A stretch of DNA of 64,000 nt from Acidimicrobiales bacterium. GTDB lineage: Bacteria > Actinomycetota > Acidimicrobiia > Acidimicrobiales > RAAP-2. Made by a program: the position numbers and the translations under genes. This document shows positions 19,683-29,787 of the stretch, in pieces (positions within the stretch are counted from its first letter, which is position 1; the number at the start of each line of letters is the position of its first letter). The stretch lies in contig DATLSF010000024.1 of NCBI GenBank assembly GCA_035534335.1, positions 63,692-127,691 on the forward strand, read 5' to 3'. A model generated the notes under the pieces. It saw nothing but the letters and a program-made list of their open reading frames with translations, did not search any database and had not been told where the DNA came from.

Positions 19683-20983
19683 TGGCGGTCCTGGAGGCTC
19701 CCATGATCGTGTCCGCGCGGCGCGAATACGACGACTCGTATACGCTCACGCGGTTCTTGGCCACGGGCGGCTACGACGGCCTGCGCAAGGCGCTCACCAT
19801 GTTCCCCGAGGACGTTGCCGCCCAGGTCGACGCGGCCTCACTCCTGGGACGCGGCGGTGCCGGCTTCCCGGCCGGACGCAAGTGGTCGATGCTGCGCCGT
19901 GCGCCGATCTCGTATCTGGTCGTCAACGGTGACGAGTCCGAGCCCGCGACCTTCAAAGACCACTACCTGGTCGAGCGTGACCCCCACCAGCTCGTCGAGG
20001 GCGTGGTGATCGCGGCCTACGCGCTGCAGGTGACCCGTGCATATATCTTCGTGCGCGGCGAGTTCGCCCTCGGTCTGGAGCGGGTCCAGCAGGCCGTCAA
20101 CGACGCCTACGAGTACGAGGCGCTGGGGCGCAACATCTTCGGTTCGAAGTTCTCACTTGACGTCGTGGTGCACCCGGGCGCCGGGGCCTACATCTGCGGC
20201 GAGGAGACGGCTCTGCTCGAGGCCCTCGAGGGCAAGCGCGGATTCCCGCGCATCAAGCCGCCGTTCTTCCCGGCGGTCAACGGCCTCTACGGCGAGCCCA
20301 CCGTGGTCAACAACGTCGAGACGATGTCAAACCTGCCGTGGATCGTGACCAACGGCGGGGCCGCCTTCGCCGCGCTGGGCTCCGGGCGCTCGACGGGGAC
20401 GCGACTGTTCGCGCTGGCCGGACGCGTGCGCAACCCGGGCGTCTACGAGGTGGAGATGGTCAAGAACACCTTCCGCGACCTCATCTACGACCCGCGGCTC
20501 GGCGGCGGCACCATCGACGACCGCCCGTTGACCGCCTTCATCCCCGGCGGGGTGTCGGCACCCTGGTTTGGGCCGGACCTGTTGGACCTGCCCCTCGGTC
20601 AAGACGAGGTGGCAGAAAAGGGATCCATGCTCGGTTCGGGCTCCATCGTCGTCTTCGACGACACGACGTGCCCGGTGCGTGCCGCCTGGCGGATCACGCG
20701 GTTCTTCGCTCGCGAGTCCTGCGGACAGTGCACGCCGTGCCGGGAGGGCTCGGGCTGGCTGGAACGCGTGCTCTATCGACTGGAGAACGGTGAGGGGCGC
20801 GCCGAGGACGTCGCGCTGCTGCTGGACCTCAGCGACAACATCTCGCCGGGGTTGGCGTGGCCACCACAGCAGACGACCATCTGCGTGCTCGGCCCGTCGA
20901 TCCCGTCGTCGATCCACTCGGCGATCGACATGTTCGCCGACGTCTTCGCCGACCACGTGACGCGTGGGTGCACCTATGACTGA
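19682..20983 (+). CDS. nuoF: NADH-quinone oxidoreductase subunit F
   Basis: GRGGAGFP, DESEP, YICGEETAL, ESCGQCTPCREG. Confidence 0.96.
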   Translation: MAVLEAPMIVSARREYDDSYTLTRFLATGGYDGLRKALTMFPEDVAAQVDAASLLGRGGAGFPAGRKWSMLRRAPISYLVVNGDESEPATFKDHYLVERDPHQLVEGVVIAAYALQVTRAYIFVRGEFALGLERVQQAVNDAYEYEALGRNIFGSKFSLDVVVHPGAGAYICGEETALLEALEGKRGFPRIKPPFFPAVNGLYGEPTVVNNVETMSNLPWIVTNGGAAFAALGSGRSTGTRLFALAGRVRNPGVYEVEMVKNTFRDLIYDPRLGGGTIDDRPLTAFIPGGVSAPWFGPDLLDLPLGQDEVAEKGSMLGSGSIVVFDDTTCPVRAAWRITRFFARESCGQCTPCREGSGWLERVLYRLENGEGRAEDVALLLDLSDNISPGLAWPPQQTTICVLGPSIPSSIHSAIDMFADVFADHVTRGCTYD

Positions 20984-23567
20984 CACCGTCACGCAGGTCA
21001 CGCTCACCATCGACGGCCGAACCGTCACCGCACGTCCCGGCGAGCTGCTCATAGAAGCAGCCGAGCGCGCCGGGACGTACATTCCGCGGTTCTGCTACCA
21101 CCCGCGCATGGCACCGGTAGGGGTCTGTCGCATGTGCCTGGTCGAGGTCGAGGGTCCGCGCGGCGCGACCCTCCAGCCCGCGTGTTTCCTACACGTGAGC
21201 GACAACATGACCGTCGTCACCGAATCGGAGAAGGTGAAGAAGGCCCAAGACGGCGTCTTGGAGTTCCTGCTGGCCAACCACCCGCTCGACTGTCCCGTCT
21301 GTGACAAGGGCGGCGAATGTCCACTCCAGGACCAGACGCTGACCCACGGCGCCGGCGAGACCCGTTTCGTCGAGGAGAAGCGCCACTTCGTCAAACCGGT
21401 CAGCATCGGTGAGCTCGTGCTGTTGGACCGCGAGCGGTGCATCCAGTGCGCGCGCTGCACACGCTTCGCCGCCGAGGTGTCCGGCGACGCCCAGATCGAC
21501 TTCGCCGGGCGCGGCGAGCAGATGGAGGTGGCCCCGTCACCCACCGAGCCCTTCGACTCGGTGTTCTCGGGCAACACGGTCCAGATCTGTCCCGTCGGGG
21601 CCCTCACCGCCAAGCCGTACCGGTTCAGCGCCCGGCCCTGGGACCTCGACCAGGTCGAGAGCAGTTGCACGACCTGCGCGGTGCAGTGCCGTGTCGCGGT
21701 CCAGTCCTCAGGCAACCGCCTCACCCGGGTGCTCGGGATCGACTCGGACGCGTTGAACCACGGGTGGCTCTGCGACAAGGGTCGCTTCACGCTCGACGCC
21801 ACCGACGGCAACCCCGACTCGCTCGACCCGCTGAGCGCGGCGACGCGCATCACCGAGCCGATGGTGCGCCGCGACGGACGCCTCGAAGCCGTCAGCTGGG
21901 GCGAGGCACTGGCCGCGGCAGCCGCGGTCCTGCGCGAGGGCATGGGTGACGCCGACGGCGTGGGCGCCATCGGGGGAGCGGCCCTGACCAACGAGGGGGC
22001 GTTCGCCTGGCAGCGCTTCGTGCGCGACGTGCTCGGCAGCGAGAACATCGACGCCCAGTACGGCGACGGCCTCGACCCGGCACTGCTGCAGTCGCTGCCC
22101 AGCGCGACGGTCAACGAGGCGGCGAACGCGCGCGTCGTGGTCACGCTGACCGGCGACCTGCGCGAGGAGCTGCCGATCCTGTTCCTGCGCCTGCGCGAGG
22201 GGCTGGTCGCGGGCCGTTCGAAGTTGGTCGAGTTCTCCTTCGGCGCCAGCGCGCTTCGTTCGCTGGCGACGGTCTCACTGGTCACGCGACCCGGTGAGGC
22301 TCATCGGGTGGCGGCCGCCGTGGCGTCGACGTCGCCGGTGCACGACCTGGCGGTGAGCGACGGTGACCTTGAACAGGCCCGCTCGTTGCTCGGCGAGTCC
22401 GGCGAGGGCGTGGTGATCGTCGTGGGACGGCCCAACATGGCCGAGGGCGCCGCGGTCATCGAGAGCGCGGTGCGCACTCTGGCCGAGCGGTACCCGTCGG
22501 CCACTTTCCTCGGAGCGCTACGACGCGCCAACGTGCGCGGCGCGCTTGACATGGGTTTGGCCCCGGGAATGGCACCGGGCCGGGGGATCAGCGAGCGCCG
22601 GGGACGCGACACGCTGGCCCAACTCGACGCCCTCGCGTCGGGCGAACAACGCGCGCTCCTCCTGCTGGGCGGATGCCTGCTGGGCAACGTCGCCGACGCC
22701 GAACACGCCGGTGCCGCTCTGGCCGCGGCGCGCGTGGTGGTCGTGACGGGACACGGCGGGGCGAGCCTGGCGCACGCGGAGGTCGTGTTACCCGCTGCCG
22801 TCGCGCAAGAGCGCGTGGGCACCGTGACCAACTTCGAAGGTCGGGTCAGTGCGCTGAGCGCCAAGTTGGTCGCGCCCGGCTCGGCGTGGCCCGACGTTGC
22901 CATCGCCTCGGAACTGGCCGAGGAGTTCGGCCAGACACTCGGTCTGGCGTCGGTGGTCGACGCCGCGCGCGCGATCGAGGAGACCACGGGCTACCCGGCG
23001 CTGTCGGTCGCGGCGCACGGTGTCGAGGGCGTGGTCGTCGACCGCGCGGAGTCGCCGCCGCCGGCCCGGCCCTTGGACCCCATGGCCAATCCGGGGATTA
23101 GCTCCATCGAGACCTCGGGCACCACCTCGCGGGCCGGGGCCGTCACGCTCGAGCGTGCGGCACCCCCCGAGCGCGTGCGTCGCGCAGTTCTGAACGACGT
23201 CGCCACGGGCCGCGGCGTCGACGTGCCTCACGCTGACGCGTACGCGTGGCGCCTCTACGTCAGCCGACGCCTCTACGACCGTGGGGTGGCGATGCAGGGT
23301 TCACCGGCGCTGGCCGCGCTCGTCGGCGTGACGACGCTGCACCTCAACCACCTCGACCTGGACCGCCTCGGTGTGACCGACGGCGGCGAGGTGCTCGTCA
23401 GCGGACCGCGCGGCGAGGCGCACCTGTCGGTGACGCTCGATGACGCCGTCGGACGTGGCGTCGCCGAGGTCGCCTTCGGAACGCTGGACGCCGAGGGCCA
23501 CGACGTCGTGCGGTCCTGGCTCGTGGCCCACGCGCTCACCGCCGAGATCGCGCTGGAGGCACGATGA
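20976..23567 (+). CDS. nuoG: NADH-quinone oxidoreductase subunit G
   Basis: PRFCYH, CRMCLVE, HPLDCPVCDKGGECPLQD, CIQCARC, ICPVGAL, WLCDKGRF. Confidence 0.95.
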   Translation: MTDTVTQVTLTIDGRTVTARPGELLIEAAERAGTYIPRFCYHPRMAPVGVCRMCLVEVEGPRGATLQPACFLHVSDNMTVVTESEKVKKAQDGVLEFLLANHPLDCPVCDKGGECPLQDQTLTHGAGETRFVEEKRHFVKPVSIGELVLLDRERCIQCARCTRFAAEVSGDAQIDFAGRGEQMEVAPSPTEPFDSVFSGNTVQICPVGALTAKPYRFSARPWDLDQVESSCTTCAVQCRVAVQSSGNRLTRVLGIDSDALNHGWLCDKGRFTLDATDGNPDSLDPLSAATRITEPMVRRDGRLEAVSWGEALAAAAAVLREGMGDADGVGAIGGAALTNEGAFAWQRFVRDVLGSENIDAQYGDGLDPALLQSLPSATVNEAANARVVVTLTGDLREELPILFLRLREGLVAGRSKLVEFSFGASALRSLATVSLVTRPGEAHRVAAAVASTSPVHDLAVSDGDLEQARSLLGESGEGVVIVVGRPNMAEGAAVIESAVRTLAERYPSATFLGALRRANVRGALDMGLAPGMAPGRGISERRGRDTLAQLDALASGEQRALLLLGGCLLGNVADAEHAGAALAAARVVVVTGHGGASLAHAEVVLPAAVAQERVGTVTNFEGRVSALSAKLVAPGSAWPDVAIASELAEEFGQTLGLASVVDAARAIEETTGYPALSVAAHGVEGVVVDRAESPPPARPLDPMANPGISSIETSGTTSRAGAVTLERAAPPERVRRAVLNDVATGRGVDVPHADAYAWRLYVSRRLYDRGVAMQGSPALAALVGVTTLHLNHLDLDRLGVTDGGEVLVSGPRGEAHLSVTLDDAVGRGVAEVAFGTLDAEGHDVVRSWLVAHALTAEIALEAR

Positions 23568-24796
23568 GCTGGGCGACGGTCGACCCGCTCTACGCGCACG
23601 GACTGAACCTCGCGGTCTGGGTCATCGTGATCGTGCGTCTGGTGGCGGCCTTCGCCCTGCTGCTCAACGCCGTCATCTTGATGATCTGGTTCGAGCGCAA
23701 GGCCATCTCGGACATGCAGAGTCGCATCGGCCCCCAGCGCTGGGGTCCCTTCGGGCTCCTGCAGACCGTGGCCGACGGCATCAAGCTGATCTTCAAAGAG
23801 GACCTCGTGCCGACCGAAGCCGACCGCACCGTCTTCAAACTGGCGCCGTTCCTGGTGGTCATCCCCGCCTTCATCACCTTCGCGATCGTCCCGATCGGCG
23901 GGACGCTCACCATCGCCGGCCACGTGGTCGAGCTGCAGGCGGCCAACCCGCCGATGGGCATCCTGTTGCTGCTGGCGATGTCGGGCATCTCGGTCTACGG
24001 CGTGATGCTCGCCGGATGGTCCTCGGGCTCCAAGTACCCGCTGCTCTCCTCCGTGCGCGCCAGCGCGCAGATGATCTCGTACGAGGCGGCGCTCGGACTC
24101 ACGGTCGTCACCGTCGTTTTGGTGACCGGGTCGCTGTCCACGCACGACATCGTCACCTCCCAGTCCCAGGGCATCTGGCACTGGAACCTGATCCGCCTCG
24201 GACTGATCCCGTTCGTCGTCTTCGTCATCGCCATCACCGCGGAGCTCAATCGGCCGCCCTTCGACGTGGTGGAGGCCGAGAGCGAGCTGGTCGGAGGATT
24301 CCACACGGAGTACTCCTCGTTCCGCTTCGCGATCTTCTTCCTGGCCGAGTACATGAACACGATCACGATGTCGGCGGTGATCGTCACCCTCTTCCTGGGC
24401 GGGCCGGCCGGCTGGGTGCCGCCGGTGTCGCACCTGCGCTGGGTCTTTCCCATCGCCTGGTTCCTTCTCAAGACCGTGACCTTCGCCTTCATCTATGTGT
24501 GGTTCCGCGCGTCGCTGCCGCGCTTTCGCTACGACCAGCTCATGGACCTGGGCTGGAAGCGCCTCATCCCCCTGTCGCTCGGCTGGATGATCGTGGTGGC
24601 CGGCTTCCTGATCAACCGGGCGTGGGGCTTCGGGATGGGGGCGCTGGTGCTGTTCGCCTGGACCGTGCTCACGCGCGCCTTCGAGCTCGGTCAGGTCCGT
24701 GAACGTGGCGCCGCCGCGGTGCTGCCCACGGTGGGTGAACGGCCGCTGCCCGGCGAGGTGCTGCGCGCGCACACCGACGAGGAGGATCCGTCGTGA
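23564..24796 (+). CDS. nuoH: NADH-quinone oxidoreductase subunit H
   Basis: WFERK, ADGIKL.FKE, AQMISYE, AELNRPPFD..EAE.EL, RFRYDQLM. Confidence 0.96.
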   Translation: MSWATVDPLYAHGLNLAVWVIVIVRLVAAFALLLNAVILMIWFERKAISDMQSRIGPQRWGPFGLLQTVADGIKLIFKEDLVPTEADRTVFKLAPFLVVIPAFITFAIVPIGGTLTIAGHVVELQAANPPMGILLLLAMSGISVYGVMLAGWSSGSKYPLLSSVRASAQMISYEAALGLTVVTVVLVTGSLSTHDIVTSQSQGIWHWNLIRLGLIPFVVFVIAITAELNRPPFDVVEAESELVGGFHTEYSSFRFAIFFLAEYMNTITMSAVIVTLFLGGPAGWVPPVSHLRWVFPIAWFLLKTVTFAFIYVWFRASLPRFRYDQLMDLGWKRLIPLSLGWMIVVAGFLINRAWGFGMGALVLFAWTVLTRAFELGQVRERGAAAVLPTVGERPLPGEVLRAHTDEEDPS

Positions 24797-25548
24797 GTAA
24801 GGCCCTGGACTTCTTCGGCGGCTTCAAGTTGACGCTGCGCCACATCGTGCGACCCACGGTGACCACCAGCTACCCGCAGGCCAAGCGACCCAAGCAGCCG
24901 CGCCAGCACGGTCGCCACGTCCTCAATCGCTACGAGGACGGGATGGAGAAGTGCATCGGCTGCGAGTTGTGCGCGGGAGTCTGCCCGGTGGACTGCATCT
25001 TCGTGCGCGGACTCGACAACCCGCCGGACCACCCGGTCAGTCCCGGCGAGCGCTACGGCTACGTCTACGAGATCAACTACCTGCGGTGCATCCACTGCGA
25101 CCTGTGCGTCGAGGCGTGCCCGACCCAGGCGATCACCGAGTCCAAGCTGTTCGAGTTCTCCTTCACCAACCGAGCCGACGCCATCTACACCAAAGCCGAG
25201 CTGCTGGTCGACGACCAGGGCAATCCGCGTCGCCTGCCGTGGGAGGACTGGCGCGAGGGTGAGGCCGAGATGACGGGCGGGTGGATGCGTGCGACCTCGC
25301 CCAGCGGCGACGCCGACTTCGAGGGCGTGGTGCAGTGGTCGGCCGACCTGGGCTTCGGCGTGCGCGCACCCGAGGGAGGACAGTCCGACGCGCGCGACGA
25401 CGAGGCCACTGGCACCAAGTCGATTCGCCGGGCGTTCTCACGCCACCTGCAGCCCGAGGACGTGCCGCTGGACCAGCGCGGGCCCGCCGCGATGGCCGAT
25501 CGCCTGCGCGACCGTCTGAAGCAGGCCCGCAAGAAGGGGGCTGCGTGA
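24793..25548 (+). CDS. nuoI: NADH-quinone oxidoreductase subunit I
   Basis: CIGCELCAGVCP and CIHCDLCVEACP. Confidence 0.96.
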   Translation: MSKALDFFGGFKLTLRHIVRPTVTTSYPQAKRPKQPRQHGRHVLNRYEDGMEKCIGCELCAGVCPVDCIFVRGLDNPPDHPVSPGERYGYVYEINYLRCIHCDLCVEACPTQAITESKLFEFSFTNRADAIYTKAELLVDDQGNPRRLPWEDWREGEAEMTGGWMRATSPSGDADFEGVVQWSADLGFGVRAPEGGQSDARDDEATGTKSIRRAFSRHLQPEDVPLDQRGPAAMADRLRDRLKQARKKGAA

Positions 25549-26111
25549 TCGCCGTCACCTACTCGGGCGCCGGCGTGCTGGTCTTCGCCACCGCGGCCGT
25601 GCTGATCCTGGTCGGCGCGGTCGGGGTGCTGGCCTCGCGCAACCCGGTTCACTCCGCGCTGTGCCTCATCATGACGCTCTTCGGCGTCGCCGTGGCCTTC
25701 GTGGCCCAGTCGGCCGACTTCCTGGCGGCGGTGCAGGTGATCGTCTACGCCGGGGCGATTGTTGTCCTCTTCCTCTTCGTCATCATGTTCCTGGGCGTCG
25801 ATCGTCACGACCCGGTGGGTGTCGAGCCCCTGGTCGGGCAGCGGGCCTTCGCCGGTGTCGGCGTGGCCATCACCGTCGCGGGACTGATCGCCTTGATGGC
25901 CCGCTCGCATTGGGTGACCGGCGCGACGGCGGTGTCGACCAACGGGGTGCCCACGACCAACGGTGCCGGCAACGTCAAGGAGCTGGGCACGGCGGTCTTC
26001 ACCACCTACCTCTTCGCCTTTGAGGCCACGGCCGCGTTGCTGGTCATCGCAGTCGTGGGCGCGGTCCTGCTGGCGCGTCGTGAGCGGCGCCTCGACGAGG
26101 AGCCCTCGTGA
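25545..26111 (+). CDS. nuoJ: NADH-quinone oxidoreductase subunit J
   Basis: [33 protein letters not shown]. Confidence 0.93.
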   Translation: MIAVTYSGAGVLVFATAAVLILVGAVGVLASRNPVHSALCLIMTLFGVAVAFVAQSADFLAAVQVIVYAGAIVVLFLFVIMFLGVDRHDPVGVEPLVGQRAFAGVGVAITVAGLIALMARSHWVTGATAVSTNGVPTTNGAGNVKELGTAVFTTYLFAFEATAALLVIAVVGAVLLARRERRLDEEPS

Positions 26112-26413
26112 ACGTGCCCGCCGCCTGGTACCTGATCCTCGCCGCGATCCTCTTCGGTATTGGGGCGTTCGGACTCCTCACGCGCCGCAGCGCGCTCATC
26201 ATGTTCATGTGCATTGAACTGATGCTCAACGCCGTGACGCTCACCTTCGTGACCTTCTCGCGGACGCTGGGCGACATCGGGGGACAGGCCAGCGTCTTCT
26301 TCGTGATGGTGGTGGCCGCCGCCGAGGTGACGGTCGGCCTCGGCATCGTGGTGGCGGTCTTTCGGCGACGGTCCTCGACCAGCGTCGACGAGCTGTCCGA
26401 GATGAAGGGCTGA
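26108..26413 (+). CDS. nuoK: NADH-quinone oxidoreductase subunit K
   Basis: [19 protein letters not shown]. Confidence 0.95.
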   Translation: MNVPAAWYLILAAILFGIGAFGLLTRRSALIMFMCIELMLNAVTLTFVTFSRTLGDIGGQASVFFVMVVAAAEVTVGLGIVVAVFRRRSSTSVDELSEMKG

Positions 26414-26414
26414 G

Positions 26415-28286
26415 ATGGCCCACGTCGCCACGCTCATCATCCTGTTCCCGCTGATGGGTTTCCTCATCGTCGTGATCAACGGCAAGTGGTTCAGCGAGCG
26501 CGCTGTCGGCGCCATCGCCACCGGGGTCGTCGCGACCAGCTTCGTCACGTCGGTGATCGCCTTCGTGCTGCTCCTGGGTGGCGCCAAGCGCGAGGTGACG
26601 GTCCAGCTCTTCACCTGGATCACCGTGGGGACCCTGCACGTGCCGGCGGCGCTGCTCGTCGACCCGCTCTCGATCACCATGTGCCTCTTCGTCACCGGCA
26701 TCTCGGCGCTCATCCACCTGTACTCGATGGGCTACATGAAGGGCGAGCGCGACTACCGCAAGTTCTTCCTCTACATGAACCTCTTCGTGTTCTCGATGCT
26801 CCTGCTGGTGCTGGCCAACAACCTCGTGCTCACCTTCGTCGGCTGGGAGGGCGTGGGGGTGTGCTCCTACTGGCTGGTGAGCTACTACTTCGACCGCGAC
26901 GCCGCGGCCAGCGCGGGCAAGAAGGCCTTCATCTACAACCGCGTGGGTGACGTGGGTCTGCTGATCGCGATGTTCCTGATCTTCTCGCACCTGCACACGC
27001 TGACCTACCGGACCGTCTTCGCCCACGCCGGCGCATTGAGTCCGACCGTGGCCACGCTGGTGGTCCTGGCGCTGCTCCTCGCGGCGACGGGCAAGTCGGC
27101 CCAGATTCCGCTCTTCAACTGGTTGCCCGACGCCATGGAGGGCCCGACACCCGTGTCGGCGCTGATCCACGCGGCCACCATGGTGACCGCGGGCGTCTAT
27201 CTGTTGGTGCGCATGTCGCCGGTGCTCGCGCTCTCCTCCTCTGGACGCATGACCATCGCCGTGGTCGGTGGTCTCACGGCGTTCGTGGCGGCCACCATCG
27301 CCACCTCCCAACGCGACATCAAGAAGGTGTTGGCGTTCTCCACGGTCAGCCAGATCGGCTACATGGTGCTGGCCGTCGGGGCCGGGGCGTATTCGGCCGC
27401 CATCTTCCTCATGATCAGCCACGCCTTCTTCAAGGCCCTGCTCTTCCTCGGCTCGGGCTCGGTGATCCACTCGCTGCACGGCGAGCAGGACATGCGAAAG
27501 ATGGGCGGGTTGGCCAAGTACCTGCCGCTCACGTTCCCGACCTTCCTGGTGGGCTGGCTCACCATCTCGGGCATCCCGCCCTTCGCGGGGTTCTGGAGCA
27601 AGGGCGAGGTGCTGACCAACGTCTTCGAGTTCTCCAAACCGCTGTGGGTGTTGGGGGTCGTCACCGCGATGCTCACCGGCTACTACATGAGCCGCCTCTT
27701 CGTGCTCACCTTCCGCGGCACCGAGCGCTTCCGCGAGGACACGCACGGCGAGGACCCGCACGAGGCGCCGTGGGTGATGACCCTGCCCCTCGTCGTTCTG
27801 GCCGGGCTTTCGGTATTAGGTGGCGTGCTCGACCTGCCCTGGATCCACGGGGCGTCACTGGCCGGCTTCCTTGATCCCACCTTCGGGTTCATCCCCGCGC
27901 ACGCGCACGCCTCGACGCTCGCCCAGGTCACGCTGGCCGCGGTCGACGTGGTGGTGGCCGTGGCCGGGGTGATGGCCGCCTTCGCCATCTGGCGCGACCG
28001 GGTGAGCTCGGACCGCTTCGAGCCGAGCTTCTTGGAGCACGTGTGGCGCTGGGACGACGCCTACGACGCGGCGATTGGCCGACCGTTGACGGCGGCCAGC
28101 CAGTACGGCGACGACGTCATCGAGCCGCGGGTGATCGACGGAGCCGTCGGCGCGGTGGCGGTCGGGGTTCGCCGCAGCGCCGAGGGCGTGCGCAAGGTCC
28201 AATCGGGCTTCGTGCGCCACTACGCGCTGGCCACGGTGCTGGGGATGGCTGTCATCGTGATCTTCTTGTTGGCGCGGGCGGGTTAG
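26415..28286 (+). CDS. nuoL: NADH-quinone oxidoreductase subunit L
   Basis: GWEGVG, KSAQIPL..WLPDAMEGPTPVSALIHAATMVTAG, HAFFKALLFL. Confidence 0.96.
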   Translation: MAHVATLIILFPLMGFLIVVINGKWFSERAVGAIATGVVATSFVTSVIAFVLLLGGAKREVTVQLFTWITVGTLHVPAALLVDPLSITMCLFVTGISALIHLYSMGYMKGERDYRKFFLYMNLFVFSMLLLVLANNLVLTFVGWEGVGVCSYWLVSYYFDRDAAASAGKKAFIYNRVGDVGLLIAMFLIFSHLHTLTYRTVFAHAGALSPTVATLVVLALLLAATGKSAQIPLFNWLPDAMEGPTPVSALIHAATMVTAGVYLLVRMSPVLALSSSGRMTIAVVGGLTAFVAATIATSQRDIKKVLAFSTVSQIGYMVLAVGAGAYSAAIFLMISHAFFKALLFLGSGSVIHSLHGEQDMRKMGGLAKYLPLTFPTFLVGWLTISGIPPFAGFWSKGEVLTNVFEFSKPLWVLGVVTAMLTGYYMSRLFVLTFRGTERFREDTHGEDPHEAPWVMTLPLVVLAGLSVLGGVLDLPWIHGASLAGFLDPTFGFIPAHAHASTLAQVTLAAVDVVVAVAGVMAAFAIWRDRVSSDRFEPSFLEHVWRWDDAYDAAIGRPLTAASQYGDDVIEPRVIDGAVGAVAVGVRRSAEGVRKVQSGFVRHYALATVLGMAVIVIFLLARAG

Positions 28287-28287
28287 C

Positions 28288-29787
28288 GTGCACTGCTCCG
28301 CGTGGCTGGATGTCTTAGTTGCTCTGCCCTTCGTCGGCTCGCTGGTCGCGGGCTCTCTGCGTCGACGTGAGGGCGCGGCCTACGTGTGCGCGGTGGTGAC
28401 CGCGAGCGCACTGATGGTGCTGACGATGATCGTCGCCGCGATCTACAACTGGCGCGTCGCCGGGGCGCAGACCTTCGACTTCGCGAGTCGCCACGTGCTC
28501 TCCGCCCCCTTCGGTCTGGCCTGGGACGTCGCCCTCGACGGCATCTCGCTGCTGATGATCGTGCTCACCTCGTTCGTGCTGCTGGTCGCCCTCTTGGGCG
28601 CGCGCGACAAGCGACGCGAGCCGGCCTTCGTCGCCTGGCTGCTGATGCTGACGTCGTTCGTCATGGGCAGCTTCGTCTCCCACGACCTGCTGGAGTTCTT
28701 CATCTTCTTCGAGCTCACCCTGGTGCCCAGCTACTTCATCATCGCCGGGTGGGGCGCCAAGGAGAGGTCGCGCGCCGCGCTCAAGTTCTTCATGTACACC
28801 TTCACCGGGTCGGCGTTCCTGTTCGTCGGCGCGCTGTACCTGGCCGTCCTGCACCAGCACCAGGCCGGCGGGGCGCTGACCTTCTCCTACGCCGCTCTCA
28901 GCGCGACGACGATGAGCCACTCGAGCGCCGTGTGGATCTTCGGCGCGTTCGCCATTGCCTTCGCGGTCAAGTCGCCCATCTGGCCGTTGCACACCTGGTC
29001 GCCGCTGGCCTACGCCGAGGCGCCCACGGCCGGGGCCGTCGAGCTGTCCGCGCTACTGGCCAAGCTGGGCTCCTACGGACTGCTGCGCTTCGCGGTCGGG
29101 CTGGCGCCGCTGGCGCTGCCGACGATGCGCCCGGTGCTGCTGACGCTGGCGGTCATCGGCATCGTCTACGGCTCGGCGCTGGCCTGCGTGACGCCGGACC
29201 TCAAGCGGTTGGTGGCGTACTCCTCGCTGGCCCAGATGGGCTTCATCACGCTGGGCGTGGTCACGGGGTCCAAGATCGCGATGGTCGGCGCGGTGCTGTT
29301 GATGTTCAACCACGGCGTGATCACCGCCGGCTTCTTCCTCCTCATCGGCTTCGTCGAGCGCCGCCGCGGCACGGCCACCATCGCGGACCTGCGCGGTCTG
29401 CAGGGACCGGCCCCGGTGCTGGCCGCGCTGTTCACCGTCGTGATGCTGGCGTCGATCGGGCTACCCGGGCTGTCGGGATTCGTGAGCGAGTACCTCATCC
29501 TCATCGGCACTTTCGCGACCCACGCCTGGTGGGGCGTCGCGGCGACCTTCGGGGTCCTGTTGGCCGCGCTCTACCTGCTCTGGGCCTACCAGCGGGTCTT
29601 CCAGGGGCGCGCCAGCGCCGACAACGCCGAGACGGCCGACGTCAACTCGCCCGAGCGCTGGGTCATGGTGCCCATCGTGGTGCTGATCGTGGTGCTCGGC
29701 GTCTTCCCCAAGCCGGTGCTCGATCGGATCTCGCCGTCGGTTCAGCAGCTCATTAGCCACGTCGCGCCCGCGGGGTTGACGAAGTGA
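28288..29787 (+). CDS. nuoM: NADH-quinone oxidoreductase subunit M
   Basis: FFELTLVP, AFAVKSPIWPLHTW, KRLVAYSS, GLPGLSGFVSE. Confidence 0.95.
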   Translation: MHCSAWLDVLVALPFVGSLVAGSLRRREGAAYVCAVVTASALMVLTMIVAAIYNWRVAGAQTFDFASRHVLSAPFGLAWDVALDGISLLMIVLTSFVLLVALLGARDKRREPAFVAWLLMLTSFVMGSFVSHDLLEFFIFFELTLVPSYFIIAGWGAKERSRAALKFFMYTFTGSAFLFVGALYLAVLHQHQAGGALTFSYAALSATTMSHSSAVWIFGAFAIAFAVKSPIWPLHTWSPLAYAEAPTAGAVELSALLAKLGSYGLLRFAVGLAPLALPTMRPVLLTLAVIGIVYGSALACVTPDLKRLVAYSSLAQMGFITLGVVTGSKIAMVGAVLLMFNHGVITAGFFLLIGFVERRRGTATIADLRGLQGPAPVLAALFTVVMLASIGLPGLSGFVSEYLILIGTFATHAWWGVAATFGVLLAALYLLWAYQRVFQGRASADNAETADVNSPERWVMVPIVVLIVVLGVFPKPVLDRISPSVQQLISHVAPAGLTK

